This document shows, in pieces, positions 48,329-58,635 of a stretch of 64,000 nt of DNA; position 1 is the stretch's first letter; every line of letters starts with the position of its first letter. The translations under genes were made by a program, and so were the position numbers. Below the pieces are notes generated by a model. The model did not search any database, was not told the DNA's origin, and saw only the letters and a program-made list of their open reading frames with translations. Origin of the DNA: Acidimicrobiia bacterium (GTDB taxonomy: Bacteria; Actinomycetota; Acidimicrobiia; Spongiisociales; ZC4RG35); contig OZ244034.1 in the NCBI GenBank assembly GCA_965215185.1, positions 3,008,001-3,072,000 on the forward strand, in the 5' to 3' direction.

Positions 48329-49140
48329 GCGAAACCGACGCGGTCATCGTTCTCGATGACGTCTCGAAGACCTTTTGGGTGGAGCGAACACGAGAGTCTG
48401 TAAATGCGGTCGAGAGTTGCACGCTCGATGTGAGTCGCGGGGAGTTTTTCACGGTGGTTGGCCCTTCAGGCTGTGGCAAGACCACAATCCTCGGAATGAT
48501 CGCGGGTTTCGAGGCGCCGTCCTCGGGACGGATCACGATGCACGGGGAGACCATTCATACGACGAGCGCCGAACGGGGCATGCTCTTTCAGGAGTACGCG
48601 TTGTTACCTTGGAAGACGGCGAGCGGCAATGTCGAGTTCGGCCTGAAATATGGACCGAAGAAGTACTCTAGGGCGGAACGGGCCGAGATCGTGCAGCGCC
48701 ACATCGATCTCGTTCGCCTGACCGGCTCGGAGAGCAAGTATCCACACGAGCTGTCCGGAGGTATGCGCCAGCGCTGTGCGCTCGCCAGGCTTCTGGCCTA
48801 TGACCCTGAGGTGCTACTGATGGATGAGCCGCTGGCCGCTCTCGACGCGCAAACCCGCCGGGTCTTGCAGGAGGAGTTACTCCGCATCTGGGGCCAGCAG
48901 CGTGAGAAGGGGGATCGCAAGACGATCATCTACGTCACGCACTCCATCGAGGAGGCGGTGTTCCTGTCCGACCGCGTCGGTGTGATGAGCACGTCGCCGG
49001 GGCGGCTGAAGGAGATCGTGGACATCGACATACCCCGGCCACGCACCGAGGAGTCGCGGGGACTACCACGCATCGCCGAACTCGAACATAAGATATGGAA
49101 CCTCATTCGCGAGGATGCCCATAGGGCAGCGCTCGAGTAG
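48325..49140 (+). CDS. ABC ATPase, TauB/SsuB-like
   Basis: GPSGCGKT, LSGGMRQR, MDEP, VTHSIEEA. Confidence 0.94.
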   Translation: MSETDAVIVLDDVSKTFWVERTRESVNAVESCTLDVSRGEFFTVVGPSGCGKTTILGMIAGFEAPSSGRITMHGETIHTTSAERGMLFQEYALLPWKTASGNVEFGLKYGPKKYSRAERAEIVQRHIDLVRLTGSESKYPHELSGGMRQRCALARLLAYDPEVLLMDEPLAALDAQTRRVLQEELLRIWGQQREKGDRKTIIYVTHSIEEAVFLSDRVGVMSTSPGRLKEIVDIDIPRPRTEESRGLPRIAELEHKIWNLIREDAHRAALE

Positions 49141-49262
49141 CGCTACGAACGCAAGCCGGCCGCGTCTCCTAACAGGTTGACCGTCCGCGCGGTCGCAGCT
49201 ATGGTTGGATCGATTGAAACAACGATGTGTGAGTCTCCGACGACGTTGGATTTGGCGGTGCC

Positions 49263-49709
49263 ATGATCGAGTTCGACCCTGATAACCGGACTGTCGACAT
49301 TGCTATCACATGCCACGACTTCGACCAGTCGTTGAGGTTCTACAGAGACATCCTCGGCTTCGATGTAGTCGTCGATTTGGAGGTCTCCGCAGAAATAGCA
49401 ACCGGGCTCGGCCTCGCTTCCCGTGGTTTCCACCATGTACGGTTACGAGCAGGCAACACCCTGATCAAGCTCATGGACATCGAACCACCACCGGGCGAGG
49501 CGACCCACTCCTTTGCTGCCGGTGTCCGCTGGCTGACGATCTTCGTGAAGAATGTCGAAGCCACTTGGGACTACCTCAAGAAGAGGGGCGTCGACTTCGC
49601 CACCGATCCGTACACCGTCCGTGCAGAGGATGAACAGCCGGGCGTACACGGATCAGCCGTGGCGGCTATCGCTCCTGACGGACTGCTTGTTGAGTTCGTC
49701 CAGGCATAG
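49263..49709 (+). CDS. VOC family protein
   Basis: SLRFYRDILGF, PDGLLVEF. Confidence 0.88.
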   Translation: MIEFDPDNRTVDIAITCHDFDQSLRFYRDILGFDVVVDLEVSAEIATGLGLASRGFHHVRLRAGNTLIKLMDIEPPPGEATHSFAAGVRWLTIFVKNVEATWDYLKKRGVDFATDPYTVRAEDEQPGVHGSAVAAIAPDGLLVEFVQA

Positions 49710-49771
49710 CCACTAACGATCGGCTGCAAGTAGACGCGGCCCAGGTCGGCCACGAGGAAGGAAAGCGACAG

Positions 49772-51052
49772 GTGGTGGCTGCTAGCACCCGAAGGATGCC
49801 TGAGACTCGCACGAGGCTACTCCCGGATATCGAAGAAGCCTTGGCATCGGGGGCCATTCATCGCAACCCCCACCCGGTGTACAGGGCCCTGCGCGAGGAG
49901 ACGCCTGTCTACTGGAGTGGCCTCCTCAAGCAGTGGCTGGTCACGTCGTATGACCTGGTAGTAGAGGTCCTTCTCAATTCGACAGTTTTCTCGAACTACG
50001 GGTACGAGTCGAGCTACATCGAGCGGCTCCCTACCGAGTTCCTGATCGAGGTCGACACCCTTCGCCATCACTGGAAGCAGGAGGGGCTCATGCATTCCGG
50101 CGGGCCGAAACACACTCGTCTCAGGCGCGCGGTAGGCCCCTCTTTTACCCCGAAGGTGGTTTCCCGCCTCGAGGAGCGAATCCAGGATCGCGTCACGCAT
50201 CTTCTCGAGAATGCAAAGGCGCGTTACGATCATCAGTACGAAGTCATCCAAGGTCTGGCACAACCGCTCCCCGTAACCGTCCTCGCAGATGTGCTTGGAG
50301 TTCCCGAGAGGCATCGAGACCGCTTTCCGGTCTGGTCGGCGAGCGTTCTCCGGTTCTTTGGTAGCCCGCAACCCGACCCCCTCAATGCCGCCGAACTCGA
50401 TGCCAACCTCGTTGATTGGAGGCGCCTGGTTAGCGATCTGCTACACAGCCGTTCTCGATGTCCCCGGGATGACTTTCTTACTACGGTCGCGAGAGCCATC
50501 GATAACGCTCAGATGTCTGCCGAAGACGGTCTGGCTATCTGCGTTCATCTTCTGATCGCCGGTCATGAGACCACGACCAATCTGATCGGCAACACCATCT
50601 ACTGTCTTGTCACGCGTCCCGACCAGCTTGAAGAGGCGCGTGGATCGACGGAAGCTCTGCAGAGTGCCGTTGAGGAGACGCTCCGCTACGAACCGCCCAT
50701 AGCGCGGATCAGGCGGGTGTGCGCTAAGAGCTACGAGCTAGGCGGTGTACTCATTCGCAAGGGAGAACCGGTAGTGGCGGTAGTTGCAGCTGCGCATCGT
50801 GATCCCCAGACCTTTCAACGGCCCGACGAGTTTGATCTCCATAGGGAGATGCCGAGGAGAGGGCATCTTGCCTTTGGCCTGGGACCCCATTTCTGCCTCG
50901 GGGCTCCCCTCGCCCGTTTGGAAGCCGTGGTCGCAGTACGGCAATTCCTCGATCGGTTTCCAGAGATACGTCTCGCACCCTCGACTGCACCGGCTTGGCG
51001 AGAGTCGATCAACCACCGGGGTCTCGAGAGCCTGTTGCTCGACACGGGATGA
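49772..51052 (+). CDS. Cytochrome P450
   Basis: AGHETT, EETLR, HLAFGLGPHFCLG. Confidence 0.96.
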   Translation: MVAASTRRMPETRTRLLPDIEEALASGAIHRNPHPVYRALREETPVYWSGLLKQWLVTSYDLVVEVLLNSTVFSNYGYESSYIERLPTEFLIEVDTLRHHWKQEGLMHSGGPKHTRLRRAVGPSFTPKVVSRLEERIQDRVTHLLENAKARYDHQYEVIQGLAQPLPVTVLADVLGVPERHRDRFPVWSASVLRFFGSPQPDPLNAAELDANLVDWRRLVSDLLHSRSRCPRDDFLTTVARAIDNAQMSAEDGLAICVHLLIAGHETTTNLIGNTIYCLVTRPDQLEEARGSTEALQSAVEETLRYEPPIARIRRVCAKSYELGGVLIRKGEPVVAVVAAAHRDPQTFQRPDEFDLHREMPRRGHLAFGLGPHFCLGAPLARLEAVVAVRQFLDRFPEIRLAPSTAPAWRESINHRGLESLLLDTG

Positions 51053-51099
51053 GCCGGCCCAGGCGTCGCTCACAAGAGTGCCCTGCTGGCCGCTGCACA

Positions 51100-51984
51100 T
51101 CAGCCCAGCCCGAGTAAGCGCCGCGGGTTATGGGCTGAGATGGCCTGCCAAGCGGCCTCCGACAATCCGGCCGACTTCAGAGCCGTCACGTATTGCTCCA
51201 CGTTGACCGCCGGATAGGAGGTCCCGAAGAGCATCCGATCCATCAGAAACCCGTTCGCCGCAAGCGTGTAGTCGGATCTACCGGGAAGATTGGCCCAGTA
51301 GAGGTCCGGCATCACCCAGAAGTTGGGGCGCCGCCACGCTACGCCGAGGGTCTCGGTGACGAACGGCCAGCCTCCATGCACCGAAACCACCTGCAGGTTG
51401 GGGAAGTCGCGTGCTACCCGATCGAGGGGCGCCGGGAAGGCGTACGAGATATCGGGGTTCGCGTCGCCGCCGGACACGAAGACCGGAAGGCCGGTCGCAT
51501 CGATCTGTTCATAAACGGGATAGAGCACGGGATCATCCGCGTGCATGGGTGGATCGGCTATTCCCGGCTCGACGGTCACCCCGACAAACTCCAGTTGCCG
51601 GCAGGTAACCAGATCTGCTTCGGTATCGCCGGGAGTCAACCGAAGCGAGCCGACTCCGAGAAAGCGATCCGGGTGGGTCCGGACGAGTTCGGCCACGAAT
51701 TCGTTCGAAGTACCGCCAATGAGGTCATTGGATGCACGTGCCGCCAGCACGGCGGTGTCGACACCGGCCCGTGTCATCTCGTCGAAGAAAAGGGGAAGTG
51801 ACTGCCGTTCGAACGAAGGCGGGATATCGTATCCGCGCTGCCGGAGTCTGGCCCCCATCGCGCCAGGGGAGGTGAACATGCGCTGTTGCAGGAACTCGCC
51901 GGCAGGAGGCCTCGCCCGAAGGTCGATCGCACCCGGCATCAGGTCCCGGCTCTCATCCCCATTTGGCGGCCGGCGGCTGGTCAC
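51100..51984 (-). CDS. Amidohydrolase family 2 protein (start may be 51939)
   Basis: LYPVY, HGGWP, MLFGTSYP, NPRRLLG. Confidence 0.88.
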   Translation of the reverse strand: MTSRRPPNGDESRDLMPGAIDLRARPPAGEFLQQRMFTSPGAMGARLRQRGYDIPPSFERQSLPLFFDEMTRAGVDTAVLAARASNDLIGGTSNEFVAELVRTHPDRFLGVGSLRLTPGDTEADLVTCRQLEFVGVTVEPGIADPPMHADDPVLYPVYEQIDATGLPVFVSGGDANPDISYAFPAPLDRVARDFPNLQVVSVHGGWPFVTETLGVAWRRPNFWVMPDLYWANLPGRSDYTLAANGFLMDRMLFGTSYPAVNVEQYVTALKSAGLSEAAWQAISAHNPRRLLGLG

Positions 51985-52522
51985 CGGTCGGCAGAGGCAC
52001 CACGTCCCAGGGGTGATACGAGGCCCAGATCTTGTAGTGCAGCTCTGCCTCGGCGATCGTCCAGATGATCACCCACTGTCGCTCCGCATCGGCCTCCGAG
52101 GTGACCTGCATCGGCCAATCGCCGGAAACAGAACCAGCCAGATGTCCGTGAGTCCAACCGTCGCCGAAGTGGGCACGCACCGTGATGGGGTCAACGCCAC
52201 TCGACTTCTCGATACGATGCTTTACGCGGCGCTGCTCGGGCCAGGAGAGCAGCCAACGCACCTCGATACCTTCGCTGTGGTCGTGCACCGGTCCCTCGAT
52301 GGTCCCTGATGAGGCAAGCATCAGATCGTTGAACGCGGACAGGACGCGGGTGATCACAGGATCCAGAAGCTCCACCGCGCGCAGGAAGACGGTCTCGCGC
52401 TCAGATCGAGAACCGGCCGACTCGTACGTGTCCGATCGGAGGTCCATGAGGTGTCGCTGGTAGTCCTGCACCCGACTATCCAAAGCTATCGACGGTGACC
52501 AATTCACGGCTCTGTGCTCCAA
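51953..52522 (-). CDS. Hypothetical protein
   Basis: 189-aa protein-like ORF overlapping the amidohydrolase start; no family recognised. Confidence 0.7.
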   Translation of the reverse strand: MEHRAVNWSPSIALDSRVQDYQRHLMDLRSDTYESAGSRSERETVFLRAVELLDPVITRVLSAFNDLMLASSGTIEGPVHDHSEGIEVRWLLSWPEQRRVKHRIEKSSGVDPITVRAHFGDGWTHGHLAGSVSGDWPMQVTSEADAERQWVIIWTIAEAELHYKIWASYHPWDVVPLPTGDQPPAAKWG

Positions 52523-52666
52523 TCGGCGTGTACCGCTCTTGTAGGATCGATTCTACAAGTGGCCGGATTGCTCGATCAAATATATGATCTATCGCATCCC
52601 GGCCCACGACTCGACGGTGCCAACAGTAGTCGTTGTGGGCCGAGCTATAGCGGGGAGGAAGCCGAG

Positions 52667-53089
52667 ATGGTTCACATTGATCCAGAGCGCCGAACAGTCG
52701 ATGTTGCGATTACGTGCAGCAACTTCGAAGAGTCACTCCACTTCTACCGGGACGTTCTCGGCTTCGAGATTGTGGTGGACACCGAGATCTCAGGTGAGAT
52801 TGCCACTCGTCTCGGCGTGGCACCGCGAGGGTTCCACCAGGTGCGGCTCCAGGCGGGCGACAGCTTGATCAAGCTCATGGACATCGAGTCTCCGCCCCCA
52901 CCGGCGCCTCACGGTTTCGCTTCCGGGGTCCGCTGGATCACCGTGTACGTGGAAGACATCGACTCGACCATCGAAGAACTCAAGAAAAAGGGAGTCGAGT
53001 TTCTCGCTGATCCCGTGAGAGGTCAGCACGCCGCCGCGGTGGCTGCGATTGCTCCGGACGGCATCCTGGTTGAATTCGCACAGGTCTAG
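52667..53089 (+). CDS. VOC family protein, paralog of 49263..49709
   Basis: SLHFYRDVLGF, LIKLMDIE, GVRW, PDGILVEF. Confidence 0.88.
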   Translation: MVHIDPERRTVDVAITCSNFEESLHFYRDVLGFEIVVDTEISGEIATRLGVAPRGFHQVRLQAGDSLIKLMDIESPPPPAPHGFASGVRWITVYVEDIDSTIEELKKKGVEFLADPVRGQHAAAVAAIAPDGILVEFAQV

Positions 53090-53361
53090 CGTGGCCAGGG
53101 CCCGAGTACGCCACCCTGGATTACGTCGACTGGCTCAACCGCCATGGGCTCCTCGAGATCGGTCGGGGACATACCAGCGATCGGACACCAGGCCACGCAC
53201 GCACTCAGGCAAAACGGCCTCGATAGATTGCGCTGTTCACCGGGAACGTTTGGCCCGGTAGTGGGCAGGCGGACCGGTAGGTGGGTCACGGTACGGTACG
53301 GTACGATCGTGTCTTGCGGGGCTGATCCCTCGTGGCGTTGGCGTCCTAAGGAGGTTGTGAA

Positions 53362-54147
53362 ATGGGCCGGCTCGACGACAAGGTGGCGGTGGTAACCGGG
53401 TCCTCGCGTGGTCTCGGTGAAGGGATCGCCCGCCGGTTGGCCGCCGAAGGTGCGGCCGTGGTGTGCGCCGACGTGCTCGACGCCTCCGAAGTGGCCGCAT
53501 CGCTGCCCGCTGCACCTTCCGGTGCCCGCGCTACGGCCGTCCACCTTGATGTCACCGACAGCGCCCGGGTCGACGAGGTGATGCGCGACATTGCCGCCGA
53601 GTACGGAAGCCTCGACATCCTGGCCAACAACGCCGGGGTGGCGCAGCCGATCGCCGAGGTCATCGACACCTCCGACGAGGTGATCGATCGCGTGTTCGCA
53701 GTCAATATCAGAGGGGTGATCAACTGCTCCCGGTCTGCGGCCCACATCATGAAGGAGAACATGTGGGGCCGGATCATCAACACCGCCTCGCAGACCGGCA
53801 AGGTCGGCTGGCCGGGATGGGGCATCTACTCGGTCTCCAAGTTCGCGGTGGTCGGCCTCACCCAGGTGATGGCGCTGGAGTTGGCCCCGTACAACATCAC
53901 GGTGAACGCCATCTGTCCCGGCACCATGTTCACGAACATGACCAAGACCGGGTTCGGGATGGCGGCCCAGATGGCGGGCCGTGACCGCGAGGATGTGCTG
54001 GCCGAGCACATCGCCACCATCCCGATGAAGCGTCTGGGGACCGCCGACGACATCGGGGCGATGGCGGCCTTCCTCGCATCCGACGACGCTAAGTTCACCA
54101 CCGGGGCTTCCCTCAACCTGACCGGGGGCGAGCAGGTCTTCTTCTAG
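53362..54147 (+). CDS. SDR family oxidoreductase
   Basis: TGSSRGLG, NNAG, YSVSK. Confidence 0.94.
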   Translation: MGRLDDKVAVVTGSSRGLGEGIARRLAAEGAAVVCADVLDASEVAASLPAAPSGARATAVHLDVTDSARVDEVMRDIAAEYGSLDILANNAGVAQPIAEVIDTSDEVIDRVFAVNIRGVINCSRSAAHIMKENMWGRIINTASQTGKVGWPGWGIYSVSKFAVVGLTQVMALELAPYNITVNAICPGTMFTNMTKTGFGMAAQMAGRDREDVLAEHIATIPMKRLGTADDIGAMAAFLASDDAKFTTGASLNLTGGEQVFF

Positions 54148-54292
54148 GAGGGTGGTGTGAAACCCCTTCACGGCCCGTTGATCGATGACATGATGCCTGT
54201 TCAGAGGAAGATGGGCCGTTGCTGCCCACCGTTTTAGACCACCCTTCTAGGGAGGCTGGGGCTATCCTCCGGCCGGCCTCATTCGCTGTGGC

Positions 54293-55435
54293 ATGAGCAA
54301 GATGCGAGCCGCCGTCTACCACGGCAGGCGCGACATCAGGATCGAGGAGATCGAGGTACCCGAGCCGGGGCCCGGAGAGTTGCTGGTAGAGGTCCACGCC
54401 GCCGGGATCTGCGGCACCGACGCCTCCGAATGGGAACACGGACCGATGATGTTTCCGGTGTCGGTGCGCAACGACTGGTCCGGTCACCGCGGCCCGATGG
54501 TTCCCGGTCACGAGTTCGGCGGCAGGGTGGTGGACCGCGGTCCAGGGGTGGAGGCGTTCCCTGACGGCACGCTGATGGCCAGCGGGGCGGGAGTGTCGTG
54601 CGGATCGTGCGGGCCGTGCCGGGCGGTGATCACCAACTTCTGCGAGCGGTACTTCACGGTGGGCCTGCAGCGGAACGGCGCCCTGGCCCAGTACGTTGCG
54701 GTGCCGGCGGGTATCTGCCTGGACGTTGGCGATCTGGGTCTCGACGATGATCGGGCCGCTCTGGTGCAGCCCATGTCGATCGCCCTCCACTCCCTCCGCC
54801 AGGGAGAGCCGGGTTCCGGTGACCCGGTGGTGGTGCTCGGAGTGGGTGGGGTGGGCGCCTTTCTCGTCTACGCGGCGGTCCGATCGGACCTGCGGGTGCT
54901 GGCCGCCGATCTCGACCCGGAGCGGCTCGAGATCGCCGCCGCGCTGGGCGCTTCGCTCACGCTAAAGGTCGACCGGGACGAACCACTCGCCCCCCAGATA
55001 CGGGATGCCCTGCGCGGCCCTCCCGCGGTGGTCTACGAGGTGACGGGAGTTCCCTCCGTCCTGACCGCGGCGCTGGAGGTGGTGGCGCCACGGGGGCGGG
55101 TGGTGGCCATCGGCCTCGGCACGGTTCCGGTACCGGTCGACGTACGCTCCCTCACCCTGCGGGAACTCTATCTGGTGGGTAGCAACGCCCATGTCTTCGC
55201 GGCCGACTTCGCGGACGCCGCCCGGCTGGTGGCCGGCCGCGCCGAGGGTTGGTCGGATGTCGCGCCGGTGGCCCTGCCCCTCGAGTGGCTGGTCGCCGAC
55301 GGTCTCCGACCGATGGTGGAGCGGAGACCCGAACGGATCAAGACGCTCGTCGACCCGTGGGCGGCCGATGTACGCCCGGCGGCGCGGGCAGGTCTGAGTG
55401 GTCTGTCTGCAAAGAGTGGTCTGTCTGCAGAATAA
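54293..55435 (+). CDS. Zn-dependent alcohol dehydrogenase (butanediol/sorbitol DH-like)
   Basis: GICGTD, GHE, CGSCGPC...C, GVGGVG. Confidence 0.93.
   Translation: MSKMRAAVYHGRRDIRIEEIEVPEPGPGELLVEVHAAGICGTDASEWEHGPMMFPVSVRNDWSGHRGPMVPGHEFGGRVVDRGPGVEAFPDGTLMASGAGVSCGSCGPCRAVITNFCERYFTVGLQRNGALAQYVAVPAGICLDVGDLGLDDDRAALVQPMSIALHSLRQGEPGSGDPVVVLGVGGVGAFLVYAAVRSDLRVLAADLDPERLEIAAALGASLTLKVDRDEPLAPQIRDALRGPPAVVYEVTGVPSVLTAALEVVAPRGRVVAIGLGTVPVPVDVRSLTLRELYLVGSNAHVFAADFADAARLVAGRAEGWSDVAPVALPLEWLVADGLRPMVERRPERIKTLVDPWAADVRPAARAGLSGLSAKSGLSAE
55396..55429 (+). repeat. Tandem 16-bp repeat GAGTGGTCTGTCTGCA x2
   Basis: 55396-55411 and 55414-55429; inverted relative at 57308-57326. Confidence 0.8.
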
Positions 55436-55724
55436 CTTGCCGTGCTCCGCTTTTATACCTCAAAAGCATCCCACCATCCACCGAAATGCCCCCAACATCG
55501 CCACAAACACCAGAAACTAACCGGCCCCACTACCTCCAGTCATCGTCGCCCCCCCCCAACCGATCGGTGGATTCAGGCTAAACGCGCAGAGCCCCCGGAA
55601 CTGCGAATCGCAGCCAATCCGGGGCGTGCTGGCACCAAGGCAAGTCGCCGTCTCAAGTTGACTACACGGAAGATCCCTACAAACTCTTGTGCAACTATAT
55701 AATTTGCTTCTAGCTTCTTCTAGA

Positions 55725-57074
55725 TTAGAACTTGGCTCGGTCCTTGTTGCTTGCCCTGAGCCGCGCGCCAAGGTCGTCGGGAGAGACGAATACTCTTCGC
55801 CGACCCTCCACGCCGGCATCGAGCAGTCCATGGGACGTCAGGTCGAGTAGGTCGGTACGAGCCGTTTGCAGAACTACATCATGGCTGTTGGCGTGGCTCC
55901 GGTATGTGTAGCGATACCCTGGATGCCGTAGGGCGTGTCCGAGGAGAGCCCGTTGTCTGTGGTTGAGCCCGGGCAGATCCCCGGCTAGGCGTTCCGCGGC
56001 CTGCATGCGATCGAGGGTCTCGTCGACGTAGATCGCCAATTCCTCGAAAGCCCTTCTCAAGACCTCGAGTTGGTGGATCAGGAAGTATGTCAGGTCGTTG
56101 CCGTCCGTCTCCGTGTGGAGGAAGGCGTGCGCGTACTTTGCCGGTGCCTTCAGGACGATCTCGGAGATCGAGACATACTCGGTAAGCCAGTATCCGGCGC
56201 GTAGCGCGGACCAGTAGAACAAGGCGCGGGCCGCTCGACCGTTCCCATCGACGAACGGATGAATGTAAGCCAACCAAAAGTGGAGTAGGATGGCCTTGAC
56301 CAGCGGATGGGTGAATGATTTTTCCCCGTCGTTGGCGAAGTTGCACATTCGTTCGATACGCTCCGGGATCTGTTCCGCGGGTGGCGGAGAGAAAACGACC
56401 TCATCACTGTGCCAGGCGACAACAGACACCCTGGTCTCGTCTGGCTGCTGGAAGCGGCCGCAGTCCCTCCGGTGTTCCAAGGTGTCTTCGGTGAGTATGG
56501 CGTGCATTCGCAGGAGTAGTTCCGGCGTCAGGTCCTCTGAGGCCGCTTCCTTGATGTGGCTGATTGCCCGGTAGTTGTTGAAGATCATGCGTTCGGACTT
56601 GTCTCGAGGATCCCGGCCTGACCGGAGCATCTGCTTGGCTACGACACGGGTTGTGGAGGCTCCCTCGAGTTGTGAGGACGACAGGGCTTCCTCGATGAGG
56701 CCTCGCACCTTGTAGCGATCCCGCGTGGTTCGATCCACGACGGCCGCGGGCGCGGCAGACCGGCCGGTAGCCCGAAAGTCCAGGTTGTGGAGGCTCTTGA
56801 GGATCGGGTCCACAAGGCTGTAGGAAAACGGTATCCCGTGTACGTCAACCAATCCGGTAGCCCGGGATGATTGATTGCGGGCGAGGCGCATGCCGGCCCA
56901 CCACTGTTCGACCGTGAGACCCTCGGGGGGCTCCCGCCGGCGTACGTCATCCCAATGGAGGTATCGACCGTCCTTCAAGGTCGCGCCCACGTTGACCAAC
57001 CGCACGAACGTTTCTGGCTCGAGGTCTCTTATCAGAGCGTATAGATCTGGAGGTTTGGCGATCCGCGTAGCCAT
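55725..57074 (-). CDS. Fic family protein with C-terminal HTH
   Basis: HPFVDGNGRAAR catalytic motif; SSSQLEG inhibitory-type motif N-terminal to it. Confidence 0.93.
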   Translation of the reverse strand: MATRIAKPPDLYALIRDLEPETFVRLVNVGATLKDGRYLHWDDVRRREPPEGLTVEQWWAGMRLARNQSSRATGLVDVHGIPFSYSLVDPILKSLHNLDFRATGRSAAPAAVVDRTTRDRYKVRGLIEEALSSSQLEGASTTRVVAKQMLRSGRDPRDKSERMIFNNYRAISHIKEAASEDLTPELLLRMHAILTEDTLEHRRDCGRFQQPDETRVSVVAWHSDEVVFSPPPAEQIPERIERMCNFANDGEKSFTHPLVKAILLHFWLAYIHPFVDGNGRAARALFYWSALRAGYWLTEYVSISEIVLKAPAKYAHAFLHTETDGNDLTYFLIHQLEVLRRAFEELAIYVDETLDRMQAAERLAGDLPGLNHRQRALLGHALRHPGYRYTYRSHANSHDVVLQTARTDLLDLTSHGLLDAGVEGRRRVFVSPDDLGARLRASNKDRAKF

Positions 57075-57162
57075 AGCGTCTCCGTAACCGTGTGTAGTGA
57101 TCGGAAGACCGGTCAAATCCATCTTCTAATCAATACCAGATTAGTACATAAGCCTGGATTGG

Positions 57163-57328
57163 CTAGGCGTTTGCCCTGGCCGTTAGGGGGACCGGATGGT
57201 TTGGCGACGCCTCTCGTTGCGTTCCGCCTCCTCGATGTACCGCTGGGAGTACGCCTTCGTCGGCGGGCCTTGCAAGGAACGCCGCTGCCGGCGCATGCCA
57301 CGCCGCCATTTCACGGACAGACCACTGG
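57163..57328. repeat. Structured MITE/REP-like intergenic element
   Basis: Nested palindromes (CCTCCTCGATGTAC...GTACGCCTTCGTCGGCGGG); TGGCTAGG direct repeat at 57160 and 57326. Confidence 0.55.
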
Positions 57329-57366
57329 CTAGGATCGGCCGCGCCTGCGACTGAAAGGCGGTTCCG

Positions 57367-58635
57367 ATGGAGATGACCGAGCGTTCGCCCGAGTTCCCGG
57401 TTGCCACCACTCCGGCTCCAGGTGTCATGGGGGTGGACTGGGAGCAGCGGGTCGACTTCGACCGGCTGCGCAGGTACCGGCTGGCGCGGGCCCGCCAAGC
57501 CCTCGAGGAGTCGGACCTCGGAGCGCTTCTCGTGTTTGACACCGCCAACATCCGCTACCTGACCGCCACCCACATCGGGTACTGGGCCTTCAACAAGATG
57601 GAACGGTGGGCGCTGCTGACCCGGACCGGCGAGCCGTGGATCTGGGATTTCGGTTCGGCGGCGCGGGTCCACAAGCTGCAGGCGCCCTGGCTGGTCCCCG
57701 AACAGTCGGTGGGAGGAAACACCGGACTGGCAGGATCGATCGGTCCGGAGTCGGGTCTGGTGGCCAAGGCCGTTCGGGAGATACGGGACGTGCTCCACGA
57801 CGAGGGTGTGGCCGGCATGCCCGTCGGGGTCGACATGGCGGAGACGGAGATGTATCTCGAGCTGGCGCGGGCGGGGATCGAGGTGCGGAACGGGCAGCAG
57901 ACCATGCTGGCGGCCCGTGAGATCAAGAGTCAGGACGAAATAATCCTCCTGACCCAGGCGTCGGCGATGGTCGACGGTGTCTACCAGGACATCTTCGAGG
58001 CCCTCAAGCCCGGTGTGCGGGAGTCGGACATAGTCGCCCTGGCCAACAAGCGGCTCTACGAGATGGGTTCCGAGCACGTGGAGGCCGTCAACTCCATTGC
58101 CGGGGAGCGGTGCAGCCCGCACCCGCATGTGTTCTCCGACCGTCTCATCCGGCCGGGTGACACTGCCTACTTCGACATCATCCAGGCCCACAACGGCTAC
58201 CGCACCTGCTACTACCGCACGTTCGGGGTGGGTCGGGCGACGCAGGCGCAGCGCGATGCCTACAAGAAGGCTCGCGAGTGGATCGACGCCGCCATCGCCC
58301 TGGTCAAGCCGGGGACCACCACCGACGAGATCGCTCTGGTATGGCCGGAAGCCGAGGAGTTCGGTTTTCCCGACGAGATGGAGGCCTTCGGGCTCCAGTT
58401 CGGGCACGGGGTCGGCTTGGCGGTCCACGAGCGGCCGGTTATCAGCCGCCTCAATTCCATCGACACGCCGATCGAGTTGAAAGAAGGTATGTTCTTCGCG
58501 CTGGAGACCTTCTGCCCGGCGGCCGACGGCCGGTCCGCCGCCAGGATCGAGGAACAAGTCGTCTGTACGGCGGAGGGCCCCAAGGTCGTGACCCTGTTCC
58601 CCGCCGAGGAACTGATGGTGGCCAATGAGTATTGA
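57367..58635 (+). CDS. M24 (Xaa-Pro peptidase/creatinase-fold) hydrolase
   Basis: NIRYLT, IKSQDEI, GHGVG...HERP, ALET, RIEE. Confidence 0.92.
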   Translation: MEMTERSPEFPVATTPAPGVMGVDWEQRVDFDRLRRYRLARARQALEESDLGALLVFDTANIRYLTATHIGYWAFNKMERWALLTRTGEPWIWDFGSAARVHKLQAPWLVPEQSVGGNTGLAGSIGPESGLVAKAVREIRDVLHDEGVAGMPVGVDMAETEMYLELARAGIEVRNGQQTMLAAREIKSQDEIILLTQASAMVDGVYQDIFEALKPGVRESDIVALANKRLYEMGSEHVEAVNSIAGERCSPHPHVFSDRLIRPGDTAYFDIIQAHNGYRTCYYRTFGVGRATQAQRDAYKKAREWIDAAIALVKPGTTTDEIALVWPEAEEFGFPDEMEAFGLQFGHGVGLAVHERPVISRLNSIDTPIELKEGMFFALETFCPAADGRSAARIEEQVVCTAEGPKVVTLFPAEELMVANEY

